This document shows positions 25,979 to 38,030 of a stretch of DNA of 64,000 bases, piece after piece; position 1 is the stretch's first letter; each line of letters opens with the position of its first letter. This DNA is from Lama glama (lineage: Eukaryota): assembly GCA_028534125.1 (NCBI GenBank), contig CM052816.1:77316001-77380000 (forward strand), given 5' to 3'. The translations under genes were made by a program, and so were the position numbers. The notes under the pieces were generated by a model that saw only the letters and a list, made by a program, of their open reading frames with translations, was not told the origin of the DNA and did no database searches.

Positions 25979-28900
25979 TCTTATGGCCATTTCTAAAGCT
26001 AGGGAATGGGGGATGGACCCCCCCAGAACCGAAGGACTGAGAATGGAGGAGAGGTGGCTCCCTAAAGGAAGATATTGTTACTGAAAGACAGGAATGAATA
26101 TTGGGCACTCTCTTGTATACTGTATATAATGTTATATCATATTATCACATCACATCATATTATAATTGGAGATCCACAATGAACGTAACAGCTCTACATG
26201 GCCTACGATCTAAAAAGTTGTTTGGGTCTATTTAACCCATTGTCACCCAAACTTCTTTGATTAGAGAGCCTCTTTTTTTTTTCAAAAAACCCTGATTAAC
26301 TTCCTAAAGGCTTTGGAAACTAGTGAACCAGAATATAGAGATACAAGACAAGGGAACTAAGAATAGCAATAATATTAATACGTATCTATTGCTGTGTTAG
26401 TGTCTTGGGAAAAAAATGAGTTTTTAAAGTTTCTTTCTCTCTTAAATAGCAATTAGAAAATACCTAAAATGAAAAAAGTGTTGATTTTAATTCAACTGAG
26501 ATGTTTGCATATTTGATTTTGATTTTTAGCCACTAAAAAAAAGGTTTAAAATCACAGGAACAACAAATTTCCTGTATCTTTTAGGTTGGATATTATATGT
26601 TAATTTTGAATACTTTTCCGAGCAGTAATTAACCTTGGGCCTTTGAGAAATCAAATGTTAAGTTTTTAAGCATTTTGGTATAAAAGTTAATCTAGTGATG
26701 TGATAGGAACAAAAAATGAAAAACAGAAAGCATTGGGAAACTATAGTTAACTAGTAGGAAATTAATTTCAGAGCAGTTTTTGTTTTGTTTTGTTTTTTGG
26801 TAAGTCAGGCTAATAAAGTACATTCTGACTATGTGTTGGAAGCATCTTAGAAGGCAAACTTCATGAAAATAAGGGCTCCGTTTGTTTTCCTCACTGTCGT
26901 GTCCTTAGCATTTGTATGTAGTAAACGATCAATGAACATTTGTTGACTATCAAATGAAAACATCTAAAAATGATGACAGATGTACATTTTTTTCCCATCT
27001 TATGCTTCCTCATAAACCTGCCCACCACGCATCCCTTTATTTAGGATTGATCCTGCTTCCACAGCTCTGACCACAAATCTCCACAGCCATCTGAAAGTTC
27101 TCATGTTTTTTCATACTCTCTCCCCCTTCCCTTTTTGCCCTGCATTGCAAACTTACAGTTGCATTTCTACCATGTACAGGAATCCTCATTGATCAGTCTT
27201 CACTGATGTCTTTATACTGAAAACTGTATTTGTGAAATATTGACATTCTTTGTTCTTTAACTGAATTTTTTTTCTAAAGATGGACAAATGTCTTGAAAAT
27301 CCAAGGTTCAATAACTGAATAAAATTCTAGTGTAATTTAAAGAAACTCCTAGCAAAACTGCTGTGTGTAAAATTAAGATATTGTTGTAAGGCATTAGCAA
27401 AACAATAACCTCTCTAAATCCATTGGAAGTATCTGGGGATGCTCTCCGATGTTGGGGGTTTGAATACAAAGACTCACTTTCAAGGAAACAGTAACCCCAC
27501 AGAGGTAACTGATAATATGAAAATCTGATCACGGATCTCAATGCAGAGCGGGGGAAGCCTAGGGAGAGTGGGATGGGCCAGGCCCTGTGAGACACAGTAC
27601 TGTTCGATATGGCAGAACTCAGTACCCAGAAGATACAGCACATCATTTATCTCAATGAGTAAAAACATCTGAAACAGGGATGTATGAGGTAAAGAGTTAG
27701 ATTCATGCCAACAGAGGCAGAAGAGATGGACAAATTCGACTACGGAGAGTTTGGAGAACATTCAGAGCATGACTCCAGATTGAGGTGGACTTTGTATAGC
27801 GCTGGGTCAAAACCCAGCTTTGTCAGAGCCTTATCTCCAGCAGCAACGAGTTGTAGGCGAGATCTCAGTGAAACTCCTGAAACTGAAAGGGCAAAATGGT
27901 TAGCTACCACGCTGGCACGGATAGTGGAATGCGAAGTCCAGTAATTAGGAGTGTGGGTGTTGGAGCCTGACTGTAGTGGTTTGAATGACACTGTTGTCAA
28001 TATCCATGTGGCCTCCTTTATAAATGGGGATGACTACCTTCCCTGCAACTCACAGGGATGGAGGGATTGGTGCACAGTACCTGGCATGCTGTTAGGGCTC
28101 AAAAAATGTTCATTGCTGGTAACTAGCAAGTAAGTGTTCTGAACCTTACTTTTAGTCAGTGTCTTCTAAATCATTAGAATGACTTTGGAATTAACCTGGT
28201 ATATTGAAATATTTATTGTTTTACTTCCTTGAGCTTTGGTCTCTTCCATCTGTTAAGTGGGACTAGTACCTATAAGATAAAGAAAGTACCCAGCACTGAG
28301 ACAACTCATGTTAATAACCAATTAATATTCATCTCCCAACCTGAGGGTCACATGTACCCCTGTTTCTCTTTCCCAGAGTTAAAAAAAAGTCTGGCGAACT
28401 TAGATGAATTGGTGTAGTCCAGCCTGCTTAGGTGGATAGAATGAGATTCTATGAGTACTCGAGTTTGAACTGGATGGTAATTTAGGTAGTGGCAAGGTTT
28501 CTGTCAGCTCTTTGAGCATAAGATTCTGTGATTAAACAAAACGGCCAGATTTCTTGGGCATGTCACAGAAATGAATCTCCGAGCTGCAGGCTTTTCCTTT
28601 GAGAGTGGTGTCCTCAGTTACCTTAAGTTCCAGCAGGGACCGCATCAAAAGAAATGTCCCTGTCGACCACAGCTACCATAGCGATGGCCACTTTTGTTTT
28701 CCGATATGAGACCCAGACGGTGTACCAGATTAGGTACCCAAAGGAAACCCCAGGGACATTGCTGTTATTAAAATTAATTATTTAACTGACTGGTTATTTT
28801 TCAGCTACCTGATGTGTTAAGAGACCTTGAATTAACTCTATTGGCAAATGTGTAACCACTGAAAATTCTCCACAGTCAGAGAGACTGGAAACAAAAACTT

Positions 28901-30330
28901 ATTCTCTTTCGGTTTTTGATTTTTTGGTCTTACACAGAGTATGGAAGTCTGTGGATTAAGTGCATTAGTTAGAATAATATATTTGAGGATTTAAGGAATT
29001 TGGGTTTGATTTCGAACCACTCCACTACCTTGGCTTGACCTCAACTCAATTCCTTAATCTTTTGGCTTCTTTCACTATCTGTACAAGATGCCTCTGGCAA
29101 CACACAGAGTGCAGTAGCTGTAGGAACAAATTAAATAATGGGCTTAATATCACCACTGAGAATGGAGTAAATTGCTCTTTTGTGGGATCCATTAGCTCAA
29201 CTGAGAATATGAGCGCAGGATTCTGGGTCTTTGATGGACTACAAGGAATAACGTAGCATCAATTTTAATGTCTTGCTTTGCCCCTAAATGACTCTAGACA
29301 CCAGATAAAGAATACAGGGGAAGAAAGAGAAAAGCAGAGACAGAGGAGCAGGCTTGGTAAGTCAAAAGGAAGAGATAAAATGTGAACAGATGGAGGACCA
29401 TGAGATAAGATGTGAGGTTTGAGTGCAGGCAGATGCAGAAAAGAGAAGATGGGAGAAGCAGGAAGAGAAACAAAAAGATGACCGCGTGAGAGGAAGACAA
29501 AGATTTGAAATGAAGATTCACTCAGATAGCAGTTCATTAGGACCAAGTGGGAGGGATGGAGAAGGAGGCAGAGCAGAGGGGGCAGGCAGTTTATTCCGGA
29601 AAGAGGGTTTGCTAGTGGTGTCCTCTCCTGTCTTCAGTGGCTCTCTCCGCTGTCCCCACCCCTAGGCTCTGCCTCTGGGATTTGGCCTTAACTGCTTGAG
29701 GCATTGAGCCTCTCAGAAGTATAAGAAATTTAAAAAGATTCTTGAGGTAACAGGTCTTAGGACACAGGGAGTTAAATAGATGTTAGCCTGTTGTGGGAAG
29801 GGATCCTTACCCAGTGCTCCTCAAATCAGACAATTGAGTGAAGTCACGTAGGACAGGAGATGATAAGCAAACAACAAAAGGGATATTCATTTACTCCTCA
29901 CCGTCCTCTAAGCTTTACCTACTAAGGGTAACAAGATTTCACAGCCACCTCACCACCACATGTAGCCCCTACACGGGCTCATCTGCATGCTTTGACAGAA
30001 GCGGTGGTAGAAATGGTAATAATGATAATATTTATAGCTAATATTTATTGCTTACTTTGTGTCAGGCACATGCACCAAAAGGGATTTAAGAGGGGTTACA
30101 ATAAAGAGATTATAGGAGGGGAGGAAAAACTGTATGTACACACTTTGGGGAAAACTATAGCATATTCAACACTTGGAGCAGAAAGAGGTTTTATAGAAAT
30201 TAACTCATTTGTCCTCCCTGCCACCCTCTGTTAGGCACTTTGAATAAGTCCTTTTTATAAAGAAAGAAGCTGAGAATACCAAGATTTGATGTTACGTCCT
30301 TGATTTGCCTTCAAAAATAGTAACTAGAGA

Positions 30331-30468
30331 GGGGAGGGTATAGCTCAGTGGTAGGTGTTTGTCTAGCATGCATGAGGTCCTGGGTTCGATCCCCAGTACT
30401 GCCATTTAAATAAATAAATAAGTGAATAAACCTAATTACTTCCCCACATAAAAAAATTTTTTTAAAAA
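30331..30468 (+). mobile_element. tRNA-derived SINE, camelid vic-1-like
   Basis: GGGGAGGGTATAGCTCAGTGGTAG (A box) ... GGTTCGATCCCC (B box), then an AATA-rich tail. Target-site duplication AGTAACTA at 30319-30326 and 30469-30476. Confidence 0.88.
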
Positions 30469-31580
30469 AGTAACTATAGGCACTTACTACTTACTTTCAA
30501 CAATAGTGATTTCAAAGCTATGCACCAGAAAAAATACATTAGTTCTGCCTGTTGTATACTTCTTATTTAGACTTTTGAATATCCATCATATAAGGACCCT
30601 TACGACAAATTCCTCTCCAAGCTTGAGCCAGGAAAGACTTTCTCCTAAATAAACTCTACTCTATGATTCCTTGACTCACTGGATAATGAGAGTCATAAAA
30701 ACCCTCATTTCCCCTATTTCACTTGGCTATGAGGCAGCCTGGAACTAAGTTTTATGCTTGAATGGTATTGTTTGTCTCAGCCAGAAGTGTTTTGTTTTGT
30801 TTTGTTTTGTTTTACTTTTTTTTTTTTTTAATATTTGTCTTTCATTGTAAACCACCTCAAGCCTCTTTGGAAGAAGGCACAGTATAAATAAGCAAAAGAC
30901 AAGCAAAATACAATCCTGTTGGGGCCATGCTGGGGATACAATAGTTTATCAAAATAGTTTATATGACACTCTTGAAATCTTTCTAACTAAGAGAATATTT
31001 TAAACAGAATCCCGGGGCAGATGATATCTTTCATGGTGTTTAAGCAGTTTTCATGCCCCTCAGATAACATTCCAAACCACTTTGGGTAAAGAACATAACA
31101 TCTAGAGAAAACTAGGTGATTACTCTCATATATCTTCTTGTTACAGAGATCTAATTAAAGTTTTGTATCTTGTCCAAAACTGTGCTCTAAAATAAACCAA
31201 TTTAAATCCACATTTGTAAGTCAGGCTTAAAGTGAAGAACAGTTTCACTCACTTCAACTATTCACTGGATACAATTAATTTGTAGATTTTTATTTGGTTC
31301 CAAAATTTCTTCCAGGAACAAAGCCATATCTTGTCCCACTGACTGATAAACACTACACATGTTAAATCACACATCCCAGGAAGCCTACTTAAGGGCCAAG
31401 ATGTGACTAATTTAATAACAAAACCCCGTCATCTCACATTTGCTGCTTTTGTAAGTGATTGATCTTTTCAAAGGCCAAAGCCTTTCATTTCCAAAACTTC
31501 CATTACAGGTGTGATTATGATTTTTGTTTCACTTAAAGATTTTTTTTTAATATTTAAGCATGTCAAATGAAATCTTATTT

Positions 31581-31690
31581 ACAAAAAAAAAAAGAAAAAG
31601 AAAAGGAAAGAAAGAAAGGAAGGAAGGAGGGAAGGAAGGAAGAAAGGAAGGAAGGAAGAAAGGAAGGAAGAAAGAAAGGAAGAAAGAAAC
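31581..31690. repeat. Purine-rich (GGAA/GAAA)n microsatellite
   Basis: Direct observation. Confidence 0.92.
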
Positions 31691-33949
31691 TAAAAACCAG
31701 AATAGCAGGGAAAATAGCCAATACCCAGAAAGATGAGCACAAATCTTGGGCATAAAATAATTAACCAGGAAGTCAATTCCACTTATCCAGCAAGTAGTTT
31801 AAGTTCAAGGTTTTGCTGGTTCATTCCCATTCAATTTTAGCTTATTATATAACCTACCTTCTTCTAATTATTTAATCACTTCCATTTCATTCTTTATTTA
31901 TTTGACATTGAATGAGAACTGCTATGTGTCAGGCTCTTCATATTATACAAGGTAAACATCAAACAAAAAAAATTCATGTTCTGATACTTATTTTGTAACA
32001 CTGTGGGGGTTTTTTGGCAAAAAAAGGTAAATATTATATAACATAGTATTTACAACATAAACTAGTCTATGACAAGGGAAATAAAAATGGTGTCAATCTG
32101 TGGCACTTGAAATTTGGTTGAAATTTCTTTAAGAATCCAGTGGTTATTTCACCTTTCATACTTTAGTTAAGGAAATTTTACCACTGTCAGCCCAGATAGC
32201 AGGACCATCTCAAGGGTTGCAAATCAAGTTTCTGGTCATAATCTGAATATTGCTAATGTAGTTTTAAAGCCCTTACTTTGTTACAGAAATATAAAATCCA
32301 TGATTTCTCATAAAAAGTGCATATACCACCAGTCTTCAAAACAGACCTTGGTACGGTGCGGACACTGAGGTGCTCCTTAGAAGCTGTGGCAAGTTCCTAA
32401 GTTTCCCGACCTATGAAATGGGGGTATACAGCGGAGGCAAGTTTTCTGACAAGCTAATTAAAGCATAAGCTTCAAGGCATCTTTCCAGACCCCCATCCAA
32501 GGCCCTGGCAGGAACCCTAGCAATACATTCACGTGGTCGTGTTTTTGCACAATTGGCAAAAGTAAGATATTTTAAACACAATCAGCTGAGACTGAGGTCC
32601 CTTTCCTCTTGGATTTTCCCTTTGTTACTTTCCCTCATGTTGGGTGGTGCCGGAGCAGCTTGGGTGTGCTGTATTGTTTTGTTTTTCTTTTTTCTTTGGG
32701 AGGACCACCCAAATTGCAGAAATTTCAGGCCTCATAAAATCTGGATCAACCCCTAGGTGTCATATCAATACCTATTTTACAGGTGTGTTGTGTAGATTTA
32801 AATTAAATATAAAACAAAGTCACAGAAGTTAGAATTCTATGCAATGTGCTTAAAACTACAGTTTTTTTTCCCCCCAAGGAAGGAATTTTTCAACCCAAGG
32901 TAGGGGTTGCATCATGATTTTCTTGGAACCTAGGCACTCTTGCCTTTGTTGAGCCCCCTCCTCCATTAAAAACATTTAAAATATGATAAATTTCCCAAAC
33001 CAGCAAGGACTCAAGAACCGGGATAACACAAAAATCAATGTTGTACATACTAAACAGAGCTTCTGGTACACACAATAGAAGCATGTTTTGCAAACGTGGT
33101 CTTAGGGAATAGGAAGGATTCAGTCTTGACTTTCAAGAGATGCACACGGATGAAATTGACCATTAGAACACCAGTGAGGACCTTGTCTTGCTGTGAAACG
33201 CAAATTCATCTAGGGAGCCTACTTTTCAATCAATGCATTTGCTGGTGTTCTGTCTCCATTTTAGTTACATTATCAGCAGGAAAGTATTATTTCAGAAAAT
33301 GAGCTTCGTTTTGCCGGTTTAGAAATTGCTTTGGAATTTCATCCAAAGGTCTCTAAAAAAACACGATGGCCTTGGTGCTGGTGCATCAGATAAATCACAA
33401 ATGAAACAAACAAGCTGGCTTCCTACTGAAGGTGTGTCTGCAGAGCTCTGTGACTCTGCGTGCCAGGGGCTCCATCTGGCACATTTCTGAACTTTGCAAA
33501 ATTAATTGTGCCGAGGAGAACATCATCAAACGCGTCCGGCATAGAGCATAAACATCTTCAAACCATGATTCTGCGCCATCAAACGCTCTCCAGCTAATTT
33601 CTTTTGGTGCATTACTCTGGAAGAAAATCGAGGCCGAGTGAAACTGCGGAAATGGGAACAATGCTAGGAGGAAAAATCTCACCCCATTAAGGGATCCGTT
33701 TTTTCTCCGTACAAATAAGGCAAGATTAGATGGCTCCAGGATATTCTCAGAATGCCCCCTCGGGCCTTCTCGGGCTGAGGGAGCCCTGCACCGGGGAGGA
33801 GGGAGGCCTGAGTGGCAGCGCCTCAGCCCTGGGGGCATTTTAGGTAACTCAAAATCTAAGCAGTCGCCCCCCCTTATCCCCCATCCAACCGCAAAGGTTG
33901 GTTTTCCTCTGTATTTACAGAGGAAGCTTAAACACGGCTCCACGTTGCC

Positions 33950-35060
33950 CTCTCCTCTATGCAGTGTTTGCAATCCGCATCGAAAGCGTTTTAGGAGCGG
34001 CTCTCCGTCGCGCAAGGCCGCCGCGCGCTAGGCCAGCCTTCCGTGAGTATTTGCACCGGCTGGGCCGCTTCTCTCCCCGACTCTTCCATGACCTTCCGAG
34101 ATTGGCCCGGCGACAGGACTCTCCGCAGAAGCACCACCCTCGGCGCTCGGGCCCTGCGCGCGCCCGCCCTTCTCCGACTCCCCGGGGAGGCCCCGCGGCG
34201 AGCGCCGGACGCGCGCGGCCGGGCTTGAGGGCAACGCAGGGACGCGCGGGCGGCTTCCGGCGGGGGCGCGCGGGGCGCGGGCGGCGGGGCGGGGCCGGGG
34301 GCGGGGCCGGGATCGCAGCGCCCCCCGCCGAGCGGCGTGCAGGCACCGCCCCCGCGCGCCGCAGTCCCGGCTGGAGCGTCTCGCCAGTGGCCGTGGCTGT
34401 TACTGTTGCCTCCGCGCGGCTCTGGCGGCGGCGGCTCCCGAGGCTTGCGGAGGGCAGCGGGCCGCCCTTCGCCCGTGGTCGCCTGGAGCAGCCCAGCGCT
34501 GGGACCGAGGAGGGGAGACGGCGGCGGCGGAGGCGGCGGGTTGTGCCCGGCCCCCCTCGTCCGCGCCTCCAGCGCCCGGGCGACTGCGGACTCCGGGCAG
34601 CCCCCGGGCGGCGGCCGAGGCGGCCGAGCTGACGGCCGGGGATGGCCACATAGCGGCGCGGGAGCGGCCCGTGAGTGGCGGGGGCGGGTGGGCGCGGCGC
34701 GGGCGGTGGGCGCTGCGGAGCCTGGAGCCCGGTCCCGTGGGCGCGTCGCCGCGAGCGCCCGGCAGCCGGCGAGGGGCGGGGGGCAGCGCTCCGGCCGGCT
34801 CGGGTCCCGCGGTCCGGGAGCGCCCCAGAGGAAGGACGGGGGGCGGGGGGTGGGGCGCGCCAGGTCGTGCCGCTCTCGGTGCCCCCTTGGGCCACCTTCA
34901 GCTCCCGGAGGGCGCAGATTCCACGGCCGCGAACTTCTGCCCCACGTCGGGCAGTAAGTTCTCAGGCCAGTCTACCTGGGAGATAAGAAGGAGCTTAAAT
35001 TTTTATTTTCATTACGAGGTGTAATCAACCGAGTGATTTCGTGACCCCGTGCCTCAACTC
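33950..35060 (+). promoter_or_regulatory. LIFR: CpG-island promoter of LIFR
   Basis: Sharp switch to very GC-rich, CpG-dense sequence. GC boxes (GGGGCGGGGC around 34286-34307) and an inverted CCAAT (ATTGG at 34101). It is the only CpG island upstream of the coding exons. Confidence 0.9.
34330..34670 (+). other. LIFR: Probable non-coding first exon of LIFR (start approximate)
   Basis: Lies just downstream of the GC-box cluster and ends at a GTGAGT donor at 34671. The first coding exon begins with an acceptor and so needs an upstream exon. Confidence 0.6.
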
Positions 35061-37534
35061 TTCTTTAAACTAGTTCTCTGGCCCTTCTGTGTTCATGGTG
35101 TATTTGATTTACCTGTCTTTCTATGTGCTTGTATGTCAAGGTGCTATACTGATTTTAAATCTAGAGTTAAAAGACTTGGCGATCAAAGTTAGGCTTGATA
35201 AAAGATGCCACTTTTAATGTGTTGTTTAAAAGGACAAAGCTGGAATCCTGAGTTCTGACCGATAGAAAACTGCGCTTCAGATGTGAATTTATGTCTGAGC
35301 TTGAATAATGTGATTCTGGTCTCCACCTTCGGCTACCAAAAATTTATGAGGTGTTTTATTTGCAGTTGGATATTTCTGTGTTCCTTTTTGTATGGGTGTG
35401 TTTAATGCAGTCAAATATTGATATAACGTATGAACTATTATTGAATGGCATTTGTATGGAAATGATTTTTTTTGCCCTTTGTAATACGTTCTTTTAAGAT
35501 GTAGTTTTCAACAGAAAGGTTTCAGTTTAAAGTTTGCTTTCTGATTTGTTCGTTTTCAGTTTCGGATTTGTCTTTAATTTAAAAGTTTTTTTTTTTTTTT
35601 TTTTTGCTTGGAGTAAAATTAATGTGACTTAGTAGAATCATTTAGTCAGGGATCCAAAAATGATTCCTAAATTCAATTTAAAGCATTCCCCTCCTCTCAA
35701 AAAGAGAACTCAGAGCGTTTGTTTAGTGCAAAAGATGCTTGTCCCTTCCCTTAAATGATGACTTTGTCACAGACCTGAAATCACATTTCACTAATATCAG
35801 AGGGTTCCTTGTCTTAGCCTTGGCAGAGGAAAGGAAACCTAGGTATAGCATGTGTTTTTAAAAGCACTGTCCTCTTACTTGTTTCTTACCTTGACTTTCT
35901 GTTTTATAGCCAAGGGGAAAACTGTGTTGATTTGGAGGCTTCATTAGGTAGTTACAAGCTCGATTTGAATTTCCCTTCCAAGTATTGAATTAGGACTTAT
36001 TTGCTTTGTAATAGGTAAGATCACAAGCGCGCCTCTCTAATGAGTGGAGACTTGGATTCTTTTCTGGGAAATAAGGATCTGGAACTGCCCTGTTGCTGTC
36101 GAAGGGGATGAACTTTTGTGACTTTTGAAAGCTTTTGCTTCTTGATGGTCATCCTTGAATAAATAAACATTCTTGAATGTTGACAATAGTATAAGTTGTT
36201 CTAATGTTAAATTTTATCATGTTAATTTGTGGGACAGGCAGTGCACACTGTGCACGCTGTAGAAGATTCAGTAGATATTAAAAAAAAACTGTAGAGTGGA
36301 AGCATATCTCTCCCTGCTCCTTCTTGTGCGCCCCCCCCCCCAGCGCCTCACAGCACCCTGTTCTCCCAGGACCCAGGGTTACTAGCTCCTTATGTCTATC
36401 TTTCCTGATAAAGCCTATGCTAGGATAAACATTTTGTATGTGTTCTTTTTATTTGTCTTTCCACAAACGAGGACACATTGTATACTCTGTTCTGCACTAG
36501 CTCCCCGCCCTCCCCCCGCTCCCCGCAGAGTCCTAAATCTTGGCAATCTCTGTATCAGTACCTAAAAGCTGTCTCATTCTCTAACGGCTGCTGAGAACTC
36601 CATTAAGGACGAACCATAATTTATTTAACTTCTCCTTTGTTGAGGCGTGTGTAGGTTCTTTCTAATATTTTGCTATAAAACATTCGTTTTTGAGGTTTCT
36701 AAGTAGATTTCAATTATTCCCAAAGGTCCAAAGGCAGTAGTAACTTACTTCTTTGCTTTATGTTCCAGGAAATAAGTGCCCCTTCTCACCAACATACACC
36801 ATTTCCTTTGTATAATTTCAAAGCAGTCCGTAAGGATCTTTGGTGTCTTCGTGGTGAAGCATGAGACCTTAAGGCCAGTTACTAAGGTCATGGTCCTTGA
36901 TTCACACATTAGCTCTTTGTTTCAACAAAAAAGTAAAAGAACAGATAAAAAATTTTAAGAATAATCTATAAGAAAAATTCTTAAGAGTTTAAATATTCTG
37001 TATGTGAGAAACATCTTGTACCTTTGATTAAGTTGAAGATAAAGGCAGTTAGTGGTTCATAAAAACTTATTTGCCATTAGGCACTGATATCCCTGCCTTC
37101 TGTAGCTCATCACTGGTGTCTCATATTTTAATGTTGCTGCAATATAGTTATAAATTGTATAGTTTATGAGAAAGTTATTACTCGTAAGGGGAATATGGTT
37201 TTAGAAAATATTTGGCCCTTTTTTTAAATTAAAAATTGAGGTCTCTTTGAGTTCTTTTAAAACGGAGTAAATTATAGAAGTAAGACTAATGCTAGCTAGC
37301 AATTGAGTGAAATGCATTATAAAACTTGAGAATTAGCCAGTGTTGAGCTTTATATTTCCATTGAGCTTATTTTTGAGAGTGTTTCTAAGACTAGTTTAAG
37401 AAGCTATAATGATCTTTTCTTTTTTAAACTGACCAATCAAACCTTTTAGCATTCAAGGTCTTTTCTTTTTCCTTCATTATTGAGTACTTGTCATTGTGGT
37501 ATAATACTGCTAATATTGCCTATATTTGCTTTTC

Positions 37535-38030
37535 TTAAATAAATACTTACTGATCATCTGTTACATTCCAGGCAACTTTCTGGGGACTGAGAATATAGCA
37601 GTACACCAGACAGACAGCCCCAGCTTTAATGAGTCCACATCTTAGTGAGGGAGGTGGACAAAAGCAGAGAGACAGGAGAGGAGATACTGTCAGAGAGTGA
37701 TAGGTGCTTGGGGAATAATAAAATAGGGTTGCTGTGGTAAAGAGGGGCAGGGTCGAGGCTGCTGTTTTAGACTGGCCCTAGCAGCCTCTTTGAGGTGGAG
37801 AGATTTGAGTTGAGTGTGTTTTTGGAGAGCTAGAGGAATGGTGGCTCAGGCAGCAGGGGCAGCAAGTGCAAAGGCCCTGCAGTGAGACTGAGCCTTACAC
37901 GTCAGAGGAACAGAGGGCTTGCCTGTGTGGTTGGAGTTCATGATGATGGGGAAATGGAAAAAGTGGCTGGCTGGAGAGAGCAGGTGCTGGGATTGGTGCC
38001 CTGGGTATTTGTATACATCCAGGAGTCTTT
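37535..38030 (-). mobile_element. L2a-like LINE fragment
   Basis: aaatacttactgatcatctg...ccaggcaactttctggggactgagaatatagcagt...gcaagtgcaaaggccctg. Confidence 0.65.

Noticed and set aside
30331..30405. tRNA-gene-like sequences here and at 46331
   Set aside because: They carry SINE tails and TSDs and have degenerate stems, so they are SINE heads rather than tRNA genes.
31547..31755. Lys/Arg/Glu-rich and Phe/Ser-rich ORFs
   Set aside because: Translations of the GGAA/GAAA microsatellite.
33395..35024. Long ORFs (206-312 aa) on both strands of the CpG island
   Set aside because: Low-complexity Arg/Gly/Pro/Ala translations are expected from stop-poor GC-rich DNA; no recognisable domain.
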